A stretch of DNA of 39,513 bases from Puniceicoccales bacterium (GTDB lineage Bacteria; Verrucomicrobiota; Verrucomicrobiia; Opitutales; LL51). Each line of letters begins with the position of its first letter. The first letter of the stretch is position 1. The stretch is from assembly GCA_031268005.1 (NCBI GenBank), contig JAIRYA010000058.1:1-39513 (forward strand), written 5' to 3'. The position numbers were made by a program, and so were the translations under genes. Below the pieces are notes generated by a model. That model was not told the DNA's origin and searched no databases. It was given only the letters and a program-made list of their open reading frames with translations. Below are positions 20,188 through 30,554 of this stretch, piece after piece.

Positions 20188-22197
20188 ATGAATAATCGTA
20201 TTGATTTAGGAAATGGAAGTCCCCCAGGCTTTAGTGGAGCTAATGGTAGTGAAAAGAAAAACCAAATTAATGCTAATTTACATTTCAAAAACGGTAAAAA
20301 TTTTACGATTCATATAAAAATGAAAGATGGGGAAAAGCCTATCGGGATGCAAAGTAGATTTAGTGATTTTTTTACTTTAAAAACCAAAACCATGAAAAAA
20401 TTGGCTGAAAGAAAAACTTTTTCGCCCGCAAAAGCTCGAGCGGCAATGAAAGGTATTGCTAAATACTTTACAAAAAATTGCCAAAGAAAAAACGCAGAAA
20501 AAACAAATGCCATTGAAGAAACATTTAGAAAAAGTGTAACTGAAAAAAAAGTCGACGATGAAATTATTAAAAGTCTTCAGGAGAGCTATGGGCCGGAAAA
20601 ATTAGAAGAAATGCAAAAAGAGAAAGACAAGAAAATTTTTTCTAAAGAGAATCTAGAAGATTGGAGCAATCTTATGGTCGAAATTTTAAAAAAAGCAGGC
20701 AATGATCCATATGTTTCCATATCATCCGAAAACCAGAATTCCGTTGCAAATTTTAAGATAAAAGCCGAAAATTCTCACACAACTCTCCCAGACCCACCTT
20801 CAAAAGATGAAATTTTAAAAAGTGCTAAAACATTAAAAAAAGAACTTATTAAAGAACTGGACAAACTTTCACCGGGAAATGGTGAGAAACTTTTCAAAAA
20901 GTACTATCCTAAGGCCTTAAGCGATAATGATGCTTGGAAACCTTTTCAAAAAAACATAAAACTCTTTACAAAAAACGGAGATCAAAAAAATTTCACCGCT
21001 TTCCTTGAGCCGGCAAATGGGATGGGATGCTTTAGCTATTTGGCAAAACCAGAAGAACCAAAAGATCCAGAAAAACCAAAGGGTGTTTCCTCCATGGAAC
21101 GCTTAGTTCCACATGCCATGAATTTATGGGAAACAAAAATTTCGACTAATTCAGATGAGAATCAGTCGTCTTCTCAAGATAAGCTGCTTTTCCGAGGCAT
21201 TCGCCATGGGAGCACAGGGGGAAATGAAGACGCGAGCAAAGAAATTATAACGGCTTGTTTGGTGCAAAAATTAGGGGGAATTAATGTTCTCGAAGACTCT
21301 ATGAAAGAGAATAATACGCAAGAAGAAAATGGATCAAAGGAGAAACCATTTTCTTTGACAATGAGCAACATTCAACTTATGACGGCAGGGATTTCCGGCG
21401 ATGGCGATATGCCGAAAAATCAAATGGAAACATTTCAAAAACTGGCAAAGGAATCACCCCTGGAATTGCAAATTCCCACACCGGGAGGAAAGCCGGTTTA
21501 TGTGAAATTTGAGTATATAGGATTTAATTATGGCGTGAATTTACAACAATTCCACCTGCCGCCAACCGTCGTAAAAAATTTAACAAAAGAAAATGCTGCT
21601 GCGATGGAAATTTTTCTAGGTAATAGTAAATCTATTGCTGAAAAGAATTTTCATCCTAAAACATTTGAAGATATCGACTTAGAACAAGAAAAAGAACTCT
21701 TTGGCGATTCTGAAGTTGGAAAATTTTTGAATTCAGGTGCTTCCGATGCTGAGAAGAAAATCGTTGTTCAACTCGCCCATCAAATTGCGGACATATTGGA
21801 ATCGGGGAAATATAAGACCGACGAATCCGAACCCTATGCCCTACCAGCACGACTAGTGCTATTGAGCGAAAAATTAGGATTGTCAACAACATACAATTGC
21901 AAAAGCGGAAAGGATAGAACGGGAATAGCAAGTATTGAAATCAATCACTTAGCGACGGAAATTGAAATGAATGGGGGGATTGTCCCCGAACCTTACCATC
22001 CCTTGGATGATCGCGAAAAGTTCAATTTAAACGAAATTAAAAATGAGAGTGGATCCGGTGAGATTACGAAAATAAACACGGGATGGGAAGGATTTAAAAT
22101 TAAAGATGCCATGTTATCCGTAAAAAATATATTCAAAGGGGTTAAAAATAGAATGGGTGATGTTCGAGGTGCATCAAGCTTAGTTAAAGGTGGGTGA
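20188..22197 (+). CDS. SopB/IpgD-family inositol/phosphoinositide phosphatase effector
   Basis: Catalytic CX5R motif NCKSGKDRTG plus collinear family motifs KGVSS..HAMNLW, LFRGIRHG, FNYGVN, LAHQIADI..EPYALPARL and EITKINTG.GFK. Confidence 0.9.
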   Translation: MNNRIDLGNGSPPGFSGANGSEKKNQINANLHFKNGKNFTIHIKMKDGEKPIGMQSRFSDFFTLKTKTMKKLAERKTFSPAKARAAMKGIAKYFTKNCQRKNAEKTNAIEETFRKSVTEKKVDDEIIKSLQESYGPEKLEEMQKEKDKKIFSKENLEDWSNLMVEILKKAGNDPYVSISSENQNSVANFKIKAENSHTTLPDPPSKDEILKSAKTLKKELIKELDKLSPGNGEKLFKKYYPKALSDNDAWKPFQKNIKLFTKNGDQKNFTAFLEPANGMGCFSYLAKPEEPKDPEKPKGVSSMERLVPHAMNLWETKISTNSDENQSSSQDKLLFRGIRHGSTGGNEDASKEIITACLVQKLGGINVLEDSMKENNTQEENGSKEKPFSLTMSNIQLMTAGISGDGDMPKNQMETFQKLAKESPLELQIPTPGGKPVYVKFEYIGFNYGVNLQQFHLPPTVVKNLTKENAAAMEIFLGNSKSIAEKNFHPKTFEDIDLEQEKELFGDSEVGKFLNSGASDAEKKIVVQLAHQIADILESGKYKTDESEPYALPARLVLLSEKLGLSTTYNCKSGKDRTGIASIEINHLATEIEMNGGIVPEPYHPLDDREKFNLNEIKNESGSGEITKINTGWEGFKIKDAMLSVKNIFKGVKNRMGDVRGASSLVKGG

Positions 22198-22234
22198 ATT
22201 TTATTTATTTTTCGCAATAATACAAAACTTATGA

Positions 22235-22534
22235 TCACTCCCCAACGGTGACAATCGCCGTCCAATCATCGCCCACAAAAACCCCTAATTTTCCATGTTC
22301 GATCGATTTTTTATCCAGTAATTCCGTAATCGATCGCATTTCTCCGCCTTGAATTTCCTCTGGATTTTCGCCCGCCACTTTGCGAATGAACATATTTTCA
22401 GGCAAATCAAAGGACTCACCATTTCGCACAAAGGAACGCTTATAGCCCAGTAGCATCAATGCGCGATGTATTTTCCCATTGTTTTCCTCGGAGTCGTGAA
22501 AAATTGTCACTAAAAAATCTTTTAAACCTTCCAT
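22235..22534 (-). CDS. Small GhoS/DUF2622-like ferredoxin-fold protein (99 aa; alternative start 22558)
   Basis: Pattern FLVTI..H..M..GY.RS..G.SFDLPEN.F recalls GhoS/DUF2622; the longer ORF start at 22681 runs through a repeat remnant. Confidence 0.5.
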   Translation of the reverse strand: MEGLKDFLVTIFHDSEENNGKIHRALMLLGYKRSFVRNGESFDLPENMFIRKVAGENPEEIQGGEMRSITELLDKKSIEHGKLGVFVGDDWTAIVTVGE

Positions 22535-22625
22535 AATCCCTGCGACGAAATATTCCATATGAAAATGTGTTCTTTTTGCAAAACAAAAACAAAACAAAAA
22601 ATGGAGACTGCTTCCCAGGGGGTAT

Positions 22626-22670
22626 TTGCCCTTAGAATCCACGCCAGGAGATCTGTTTCCTGGGACCCCT
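22626..22670. repeat. Truncated copy (left module only) of the multi-hairpin repeat, copy C
   Basis: ttgcccttagaatccacgccaggagatctgtttcctgggacc aligns with ttgcccttaggatccccgccaggagacaagtctcctggacc of copy A (5568-5608). Confidence 0.75.
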
Positions 22671-22690
22671 CCCGTGCCCATGAAAAGCTT

Positions 22691-23794
22691 TCAGTGGCGA
22701 CACAATTTCCAGCACATGCCTATCCCTAGAGTTTGTAGCAAAATATTGGGAAGCCAAACGATTAATTCGGGATGTAGCCGGGGTCTTTCCGCCAGGGATG
22801 ACAAAATCATCATCAAAAAATAATAAATTATGCAAATTAATAGGGCAATGGCCACATTGAGCGACGTTCCCCTTCGATTCCATTTAACGGCCAGGGGAAG
22901 CGCCAGGAGGACGAGCACTAAAATTGAAAACGCCATCGCACACTGGGTCTGGATATTGACGGTCAGCTCCATTTGTTTTCGAAAATCACCCTCTCGAATA
23001 CTCTGCCTGCGCAATACTAGCATTTCCGAAAGTGTCATGTGACGAATCTTTTTACGCGTTTGCATGCTTTTAAAAATATTTTCCATGGATAGATCGTAGG
23101 ATAATTCCCTAAAGGAAACCAAAGGTGCATCCTTTCCCTCGGAAAGTGCTTTTTCAGCCGTCCCCTCCGATAGGGTTAGTGTAAGCGCTTGCTTTTGCTC
23201 ATCGTAGCTAAGCGTACCGCATTTGGCATGGATATAGGAGTCAACTTTTTCTTGATCGTCGATTTTCCAGAGGTGAAAATCATTCAATTGCCCATGATCC
23301 AAACTTTGCACAAAAATAATATACCCTGGAAAATCGCGAATAAATTGCTGTGGCGTCACAAATCGCAGGGGTTCCTCGCGAATAATATTTTGAATCTTAG
23401 TTTTAACCCTAGAAATCGCCAGGGGTGCGTAGTGGAAATTGACCATCAGAGATAGCAAAGTCCCACAGCCGGCTAAGAATAAGATGGAAGAAAATATTTT
23501 CAATGGACCTATTCCGGAACTTTTCAGCGCAATAAACTCACGATTGGCGGACATCTCCCCCAGCGTCAATAGCGTCGCCGTAACGAAGCCAAAGGGAAGG
23601 GCATAGGAAACCATCGAAGGCAGTAGGGTCACCATTAAAAAAATACAATTTTCCAGGGAAAGTTTTCCTCCGGAAAGTAAATCCATCATACTCTTCATCA
23701 TATTTCCAAGGGCAAGTACTCCGGCAAAAAATATAATTGTCAGAATCAAATGGAATAAAAATTGTCTCAATATGTACTGATGAAGAAGTCGCAC
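22691..23794 (-). CDS. lptF: LPS export ABC transporter permease, LptF/LptG family
   Basis: 3TM-periplasmic-3TM layout; LHQYILRQ, EMSANREFIALKSSGI, WLPN. Confidence 0.88.
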   Translation of the reverse strand: MRLLHQYILRQFLFHLILTIIFFAGVLALGNMMKSMMDLLSGGKLSLENCIFLMVTLLPSMVSYALPFGFVTATLLTLGEMSANREFIALKSSGIGPLKIFSSILFLAGCGTLLSLMVNFHYAPLAISRVKTKIQNIIREEPLRFVTPQQFIRDFPGYIIFVQSLDHGQLNDFHLWKIDDQEKVDSYIHAKCGTLSYDEQKQALTLTLSEGTAEKALSEGKDAPLVSFRELSYDLSMENIFKSMQTRKKIRHMTLSEMLVLRRQSIREGDFRKQMELTVNIQTQCAMAFSILVLVLLALPLAVKWNRRGTSLNVAIALLICIIYYFLMMILSSLAERPRLHPELIVWLPNILLQTLGIGMCWKLCRH

Positions 23795-23965
23795 GAATTT
23801 CCCAATGGGGTTTATTTTAGGATCTCATCTCCAAATACGAGAAAATATTGCACCAAAATGGCGCAATGTCACAAAATTTTCGAAAAATTTTATAAACAGT
23901 ATTGACAGACGATAAAAATTTTTAGGAGTTAACTACCATGATTTTTATATCATTTTTTTACGTTT

Positions 23966-24241
23966 ATGGCAGATGATTGTATTGAAGTAACAGGAAAAGT
24001 AGTTGCCGTTCTTCCCGGAACGATGTTTCGCGTAGAGCTTGAGAATGGTCACCACGTTCTCGCCCACATTTCCGGAAAATTAAGGAAAAATTTTATCCGT
24101 CTCACCATCGGCGACAGTGTTCGCATGGAGGTGAGTCCCTACGACCTTGAAAGGGCACGCATAACGGTCCGCCTCAAAAATGCGGTTGTTCAAAAAAATA
24201 CGCCCATACATAGCTACGGTCCACGGCGTTCCTCCCGTTAA
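23966..24241 (+). CDS. infA: Translation initiation factor IF-1 with a C-terminal basic extension
   Basis: [40 protein letters not shown]. Confidence 0.97.
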   Translation: MADDCIEVTGKVVAVLPGTMFRVELENGHHVLAHISGKLRKNFIRLTIGDSVRMEVSPYDLERARITVRLKNAVVQKNTPIHSYGPRRSSR

Positions 24242-24256
24242 ATTCCCATTGTAGTC

Positions 24257-25603
24257 ATGTCCGACACGATTGTTGCTTTGTCCACACCCTTTGGTTTATC
24301 GGCAATTGCAAAAATTCGTGTGAGTGGACCGGCTGTAAAAATACTCCTTAAAAAGTACTTTTTCAAGGAAAATCCGGTGTCTCATTTGGCATTTTTGGCT
24401 CATTACAAAGCCATTTCCGGAAAAATCCTCGACCAGGTCATCGTATTATTTTTTACCGGTGAGCATTCCTACACCGGCGAAGACTCCATGGAGATCGATT
24501 GCCACGGGAATCCGCTCATCATTCGATCGATTCTGGAGGATCTCCAACTTTTTGGATGTCGAATTGCCGAACCGGGAGAATTTACGAAACGAGCCTATTT
24601 GAATCACAAAATTGATCTTTGCCAGGCGGAAGCGGTTTTGGATGTTATTCATGCGACCAATGAGAGTGCCCTTGAAATTTCTCAGAGGCAATTGCAAGGC
24701 ACACTCAGTGAAAAAATTTTCCATCTCGACGACGCTTTACTCTCGTTGCTAGCTGAAATTGAAGCGCGCATTGACTTTGCGGACGAAGGGCTCGAATTCG
24801 ACGAAAAAATTTTGGAAAAATTGATCGAAACATTGGATAAAATTGAAAAAATCATCCATAGTCACAAATTTCGGAGGACATTGCTCAATGGAATTTTGGT
24901 TGCGATTGTGGGTCATCCTAATGCGGGAAAAAGTAGCTTGCTCAATGCATTACTGAACGAGGAACGGGCACTTGTGAGCGACATTCCGGGAACAACCCGC
25001 GATTTCATCAGCGAAAACATTAGCTGCGAAGGATTTCCGATAAAAATTATCGATACGGCCGGTCTGCGTGCGACAAACGATAGCATGGAACGGCTGGGCA
25101 TAAAAAAAACTCTGGAAAATATTCACCGGGCTGACCTCTGCCTAGTTGTCGTCGACCAAAATAATCCCCAGCCCCTCGAAAAGGAGACCATCGCAGAGCT
25201 TGGGAAAAAAACATGTATTTTGGTGATCAATAAAATGGATCTCGAAAAAAAATCGCCATTTCTTCTTCCCAAAGAGTTCCAAAATTTTCCGCAAATATCC
25301 ATCGCCGCTAAGCACGGCATCGCCATGGATGCGCTCAAGTCGATCATCGTAAAAAATATTCATAAAAATAGGCTTCTCCCACGGGATATGGACATTGCGA
25401 TTAACGAACGCCACCGCGAAATTTTTCAAAATGTTGGCGATCTCATTTCTTCCGCAAAAAATACTCTCGAAAATCAGCAATCCTACGAATTATGTGCCAG
25501 TGACCTGAGACTTGCCTTGGAAACGCTTGGCCATATTACGGGAAAATATAATACGGAGGAGATGTTGGCAAAAATTTTCAATCAGTTTTGCATCGGAAAA
25601 TAA
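24257..25603 (+). CDS. mnmE: tRNA modification GTPase MnmE (TrmE)
   Basis: DTIVALSTP, SYTGED, GEFTKRAYLN, GHPNAGKSS, PGTTRD, DTAG, NKMD, C-terminal FCIGK. Confidence 0.98.
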   Translation: MSDTIVALSTPFGLSAIAKIRVSGPAVKILLKKYFFKENPVSHLAFLAHYKAISGKILDQVIVLFFTGEHSYTGEDSMEIDCHGNPLIIRSILEDLQLFGCRIAEPGEFTKRAYLNHKIDLCQAEAVLDVIHATNESALEISQRQLQGTLSEKIFHLDDALLSLLAEIEARIDFADEGLEFDEKILEKLIETLDKIEKIIHSHKFRRTLLNGILVAIVGHPNAGKSSLLNALLNEERALVSDIPGTTRDFISENISCEGFPIKIIDTAGLRATNDSMERLGIKKTLENIHRADLCLVVVDQNNPQPLEKETIAELGKKTCILVINKMDLEKKSPFLLPKEFQNFPQISIAAKHGIAMDALKSIIVKNIHKNRLLPRDMDIAINERHREIFQNVGDLISSAKNTLENQQSYELCASDLRLALETLGHITGKYNTEEMLAKIFNQFCIGK

Positions 25604-25676
25604 AACCTTCCAGGGAAATAAAGTTTAATGTGAGATGCCGTCCCCTAGCCGCAGAGGAGACTAGCTAAGGTTTCTT

Positions 25677-25715
25677 CTCAAAACTCCGCATTCGCCTCAA
25701 ATTTCGCAGGGAATC
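25677..25715 (-). repeat. Degenerate inverted remnant of the multi-hairpin repeat (right modules), copy D
   Basis: Reverse complement of 25694-25715 (gattccctgcgaaatttgaggc) matches copy A 5747-5768 (gactccttgcggagtttgaggc) at 18/22; 25677-25690 is a second piece (tgcggagttttgag). Confidence 0.55.
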
Positions 25716-25789
25716 ATGGTAACTCTCCTCCATATTATTTCTTTGCAATTTTTAAAATATTCCTAGATTGGATGAAAATTTCTGTGACA

Positions 25790-25817
25790 GGAGAGCCGCT
25801 TAGGCGACTCTCCCTTT
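25790..25817. terminator. Hairpin between convergent mnmE and SPFH genes, possible terminator
   Basis: ggagagccgc (25790-25799) / gcgactctcc (25804-25813), one non-WC position, followed by cttt. Confidence 0.4.
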
Positions 25818-25865
25818 GGATGGATGGTTTTACTTTTGGGAAATTTTTTAAAAAATGCCATCTTC

Positions 25866-26771
25866 TCATTGCATTTTATTCATTTGTTGGCCGATAATAA
25901 TCGATTCGCGGAATTGGCTTGCCAAATCGGCAAGATTACCGGGGGAATTGGGAACGAAAATGACATTAGACTTCGAGGATCCGGCAATTTCTTTAAGCGT
26001 ATCGATATATTGAATCAGGAGCACCATTTCCATTACATCCTTTTGGGATAGTTCGGGAACCTGGCGCACAAATTCTTCGACGGAATCCTTCAAGCCCGCA
26101 ACAATCGCATGGCGTTGCCCCGCAAGGCCTTTTCCGTGTAAAATACTCGCTTCCGCTTCCGCCTCCGCCTGCTTAACTTTGAGAATTTTTTCCGCTTCAC
26201 CCTTTTCCGTCGCCGCAACGCGCACGCGCTGGGCCGCATTGATCTCATTCATCGCCGCTTTCACATTGTTTGCCGGAGAAATATCGGTTACCAATGCCTT
26301 AACGATTTCATAGCCAAACTCCGCCATAACATCGGATAATTCCAACTTTACCGCATTGGCAATATCGTCTTTTTTCTCAAATACATCGTCCAGTAAAATC
26401 TTCGGGACCTGCGCTCGCACCACGTCAAAAACAAAGGCTTCAATCTGTTTTGTTGGATTTTGCAGCATATAAAATGCTTCGTAAATTTTGTTTGGCAAAA
26501 TCCGATATTGCACCGAAACCATCAAATTAATGAACACATTGTCCTGTGTTTTTGTCTCAATATTGACATCAAGCTGGCAAATTTTCAGTGACAAACGTAG
26601 ACGAATTTGATCAATCACTGGCACTAGGAGATTAAGGCCAGGACTGGCAACTCGATGAAATTTTCCGAAGCGTTCGACAATGGCACAGGTCTGCTGTTCC
26701 ACCGTAAATAAACTTATAGCGAATGCAACAACCGGTGCCACTATTAATAATATTAGCAAAATAGATTCCAT
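25866..26771 (-). CDS. SPFH/band-7 (stomatin/HIR-like) domain protein
   Basis: N-terminal TM, IVERFGKF, ETKTQDNVF, FVFDVVRAQVP, AMNEINAAQR, AEAEA. Confidence 0.93.
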   Translation of the reverse strand: MESILLILLIVAPVVAFAISLFTVEQQTCAIVERFGKFHRVASPGLNLLVPVIDQIRLRLSLKICQLDVNIETKTQDNVFINLMVSVQYRILPNKIYEAFYMLQNPTKQIEAFVFDVVRAQVPKILLDDVFEKKDDIANAVKLELSDVMAEFGYEIVKALVTDISPANNVKAAMNEINAAQRVRVAATEKGEAEKILKVKQAEAEAEASILHGKGLAGQRHAIVAGLKDSVEEFVRQVPELSQKDVMEMVLLIQYIDTLKEIAGSSKSNVIFVPNSPGNLADLASQFRESIIIGQQMNKMQ

Positions 26772-26789
26772 ATCTTTTAAACGGTCTAT

Positions 26790-26819
26790 ATTATATCAAA
26801 AACACCATACCTAATTCAA
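26790..26819 (-). promoter_or_regulatory. Sigma70-type promoter of the SPFH gene
   Basis: Minus strand TTGAAT-N18-TATAAT, 18 nt upstream of the ATG. Confidence 0.5.
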
Positions 26820-27011
26820 GGTAAAAATGAATTTTTTAGTAAGTAGAAGTTTTTCTTATAATAAATTAAAATTTTATTCATTATAATATTTCCACAGGAG
26901 CCCTAAAAATGAAACGGCGAAGTTAATCCTACTCCACTATTCCGTCGGCGTATAAATTTTCTGAAATTTTGATCGACAATAATACTTAAAATAGCAAGTT
27001 GAAATTCGATT

Positions 27012-27095
27012 GCTCGGGTGGTGGAATGGTAGACACGCCAGACTTAGGATCTGGTGCCGCAGGGCATGAGGGTTCGAGTCCCTCTTCGAGCACCA
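27012..27095 (+). tRNA. tRNA-Leu(TAG)
   Basis: Cloverleaf: GCTCGGG/TTCGAGC acceptor, CCAGA-CTTAGGA-TCTGG anticodon arm, long variable arm, GGTTCGAGTCC, encoded CCA. Confidence 0.97.
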
Positions 27096-27425
27096 CGTTT
27101 TAGGAGAATTTTATGGATTTGATTTTTATCCAAAAAAAATCTATTCTGAAAAAAAAGACAACAACGGGTGGGGCTTTTTATTTCCATTTTTTCACATTAT
27201 AACACTCATCTTCTCCAAAATCAAGATTTTTATCCATGGCATTGCATATGTAATAGAATGCCCATAGAAGACTGATGCTTAAAAAAACAAATACCATCAC
27301 GGACAGGATATTTTTCTCATTGATATTAATCATAGCCTAATTTTAGAAAATTTAGAAAAAAAAATATGAATGGCAAGTTTTTTAGGACTTCCATCCATGG
27401 AAATTAAAAAAAAATAGTGCACTAT

Positions 27426-28496
<1,071 letters not shown>

Positions 28497-28549
28497 CTAG
28501 AAAACAAACTTTTTATTTGCCGTTTGCCACTAAAAACTACTCGAATTCT

Positions 28550-28792
28550 CTAAGTGCTCGCGCCCCTAGAAACCCCGTCGGGAGACTTGTCTCCTGGACC
28601 TCTCCAATAGCCCAATGGATTTGCAATTTGCAAAGCCATTTGGCAACAAAAGTCTTTTTTAAACAGAACTCTCTTTCCCAGGCCAAAGCCCGGCGCAAAT
28701 TGCGCCGGGCTTTGGCCTAAAAGGTCAAGGAGTCCAATGACTCCTTGCAGGTGCAGGACGGCGTCCTGCGAGCCAGCAACGGAATTCCGTTG
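28550..28792. repeat. Modular multi-hairpin intergenic repeat (REP/BIME-like), copy B
   Basis: Hairpins at 28578-28597, 28614-28640, 28680-28718 (perfect 19-bp arms), 28726-28747 and 28753-28769, plus palindrome 28777-28792; collinear with copy A. Confidence 0.88.
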
Positions 28793-28888
28793 GAACAATC
28801 TATTTCGCCATTCACGCTTTATTTTCCCAGGAAAGCATTGCATCCTATTTCAGAAATTTTATAGAAAATAGCATAAAACAATTATTTC

Positions 28889-30316
28889 ATGACTAGGATT
28901 AAACTGTATAACACTCGGAGCCGTCAAATTGAGGAAATTATTCCCGAAAATCCAGATGGAATATTGCGAATTTACTGCTGCGGTCCGACCGTATATAATT
29001 ACGCCCACATCGGCAATTTCCGTACCTTTTTACTTCAGGATGTTTTGCGCCGTTTATTGATTGCAACGGGCTATTCCGTAAAATTCGTCCGCAATTTGAC
29101 CGATGTGGATGATAAAACAATTCGGGGAGCCCAAAAAGAAAACATTTCACTGCAAAATTTTACGGAAAAATGGACGCATATCTTTCATCGCGATTGCGAA
29201 GAACTGAACATCTTAGACGCCGACGTGGAACCGAAAGCGGCGGGACATATCGGGGAACAAATTGCGATGATTGAAACTCTAATTCGAAAAAAACATGCCT
29301 ATATTGCCCCGGATGGTTCGGTCTATTTTCGCCTTTCGTCGTTTCCAAGCTACGGCAAGCTTTCCAGAATTGACCTGGGGAAGCTGACGACACAAAGTGA
29401 AAATAGTTCGGGGCAGGCAAATTTAGCGGATGAGTACGATCGGGATTCGGTCCAGGATTTTGCCCTATGGAAAGCCTACAAACCTGAAGACGGCGATGTC
29501 TTTTGGAAAAGTCCCTGGGGAAAGGGGCGGCCGGGTTGGCACATCGAATGCAGTGCGATGTCGGTGAAATATTTGGGTGAAACTATCGATATCCATGGCG
29601 GTGGCATCGATCTTTGTTTCCCACACCATGAAAATGAAATTGCACAAACGGAGTGTGCGACGGGAAACCCTTTCGTGCGCCATTGGTTCCATTCGGAGCA
29701 CCTACAAGTCGAGGGGCAAAAAATGTCGAAAAGTTTGGGTAATCTTTTTACCCTAGCGGACCTCAAAAACAGAGGCTATGCACCTGAAACAGTCCGCTAT
29801 GCGCTGATCAGTGGCCATTACCGGCAGATTTTGAATTTTACCCTATCCGGACTCGATGCGGCCCAAAGTGCACTGAATAAATTGAAAATTAAAATAAAAA
29901 ATTTACACAAAAATAGTGAATTTACCGGGAATGAAGATGAAATTTTTTCCTCTAAAAATATAACCTATCGCCATTTTAATGGAGCGATTGAAGCGCTAGA
30001 AAATGATCTGAATATCCCCAAATGTTTGGGGGAAATTTTTTCCGTTTTGAATGGGGATGCCACCGGCGGTGAATTATTTTTGGAAGAGTTGTATTTTCTC
30101 TGTTTTATCCTGGGCATTGAGAAATTTATATTTAGTAAAAATCGAGACAGGGAATCCGTCGAAATTCCAGAGGACATCGCCGAACTCGCCGCGAGACGGT
30201 GGGAAGCGAAGCGTAATAAAAATTTTGCGGAATCCGATCGATTGCGACAGTCTCTCTCCGAAAAGGGCTGGAATGTTGTCGATCACAGGGAAGCATATGA
30301 TTTGTACCAACAATGA
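28889..30316 (+). CDS. cysS: Cysteine--tRNA ligase
   Basis: CGPTVYNYAHIGN, DFALWK, GRPGWHIECSAM, FPHHENEIAQ, KMSKS. Confidence 0.99.
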   Translation: MTRIKLYNTRSRQIEEIIPENPDGILRIYCCGPTVYNYAHIGNFRTFLLQDVLRRLLIATGYSVKFVRNLTDVDDKTIRGAQKENISLQNFTEKWTHIFHRDCEELNILDADVEPKAAGHIGEQIAMIETLIRKKHAYIAPDGSVYFRLSSFPSYGKLSRIDLGKLTTQSENSSGQANLADEYDRDSVQDFALWKAYKPEDGDVFWKSPWGKGRPGWHIECSAMSVKYLGETIDIHGGGIDLCFPHHENEIAQTECATGNPFVRHWFHSEHLQVEGQKMSKSLGNLFTLADLKNRGYAPETVRYALISGHYRQILNFTLSGLDAAQSALNKLKIKIKNLHKNSEFTGNEDEIFSSKNITYRHFNGAIEALENDLNIPKCLGEIFSVLNGDATGGELFLEELYFLCFILGIEKFIFSKNRDRESVEIPEDIAELAARRWEAKRNKNFAESDRLRQSLSEKGWNVVDHREAYDLYQQ

Positions 30317-30483
30317 TAATAATGGAGGAGGTTATCTGAGTCCTTGCCTCAAGTTAAAAAAAAATTACAAAAAAGAACATACCCGAATTAAGCGATTCCT
30401 TTCCCATAAATTACTCTTGGAAATATCCCCAAAGATTAAAATATTTATGGATAAGAAATAAAATAATTTGGCCAAATATGGGG

Positions 30484-30554
30484 TGCGGGCAGACGGGATC
30501 GAACCGACGACACTAGCTTGGAAGGCTAAAGTTTTACCGCTAAACTATACCCGC
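30484..30554 (-). tRNA. tRNA-Gly(TCC), CCA not encoded, discriminator A
   Basis: GCGGGTA/TGCCCGC acceptor, TTAGC-CTTCCAA-GCTAG anticodon arm, GGTTCGATCCC; 3' end reads A-CCC. Confidence 0.95.

Noticed and set aside
22535-22681. N-terminal extension of ORF 22235..22681
   Set aside because: It translates repeat copy C and a low-complexity A/C tract; the start is more plausibly 22534 or 22558.
27096-27425. Possible tRNA-anchored island after tRNA-Leu (also checked tRNA-Gly and tRNA-Val)
   Set aside because: No integrase and no duplicated tRNA 3' end (att) seen; only AT-rich spacer.
28517-28843. ORFs 28550..28843 (-) and 28517..28720 (+)
   Set aside because: They run through the palindromic repeat copy B; GC-rich hairpins explain the open frames and there are no protein motifs.
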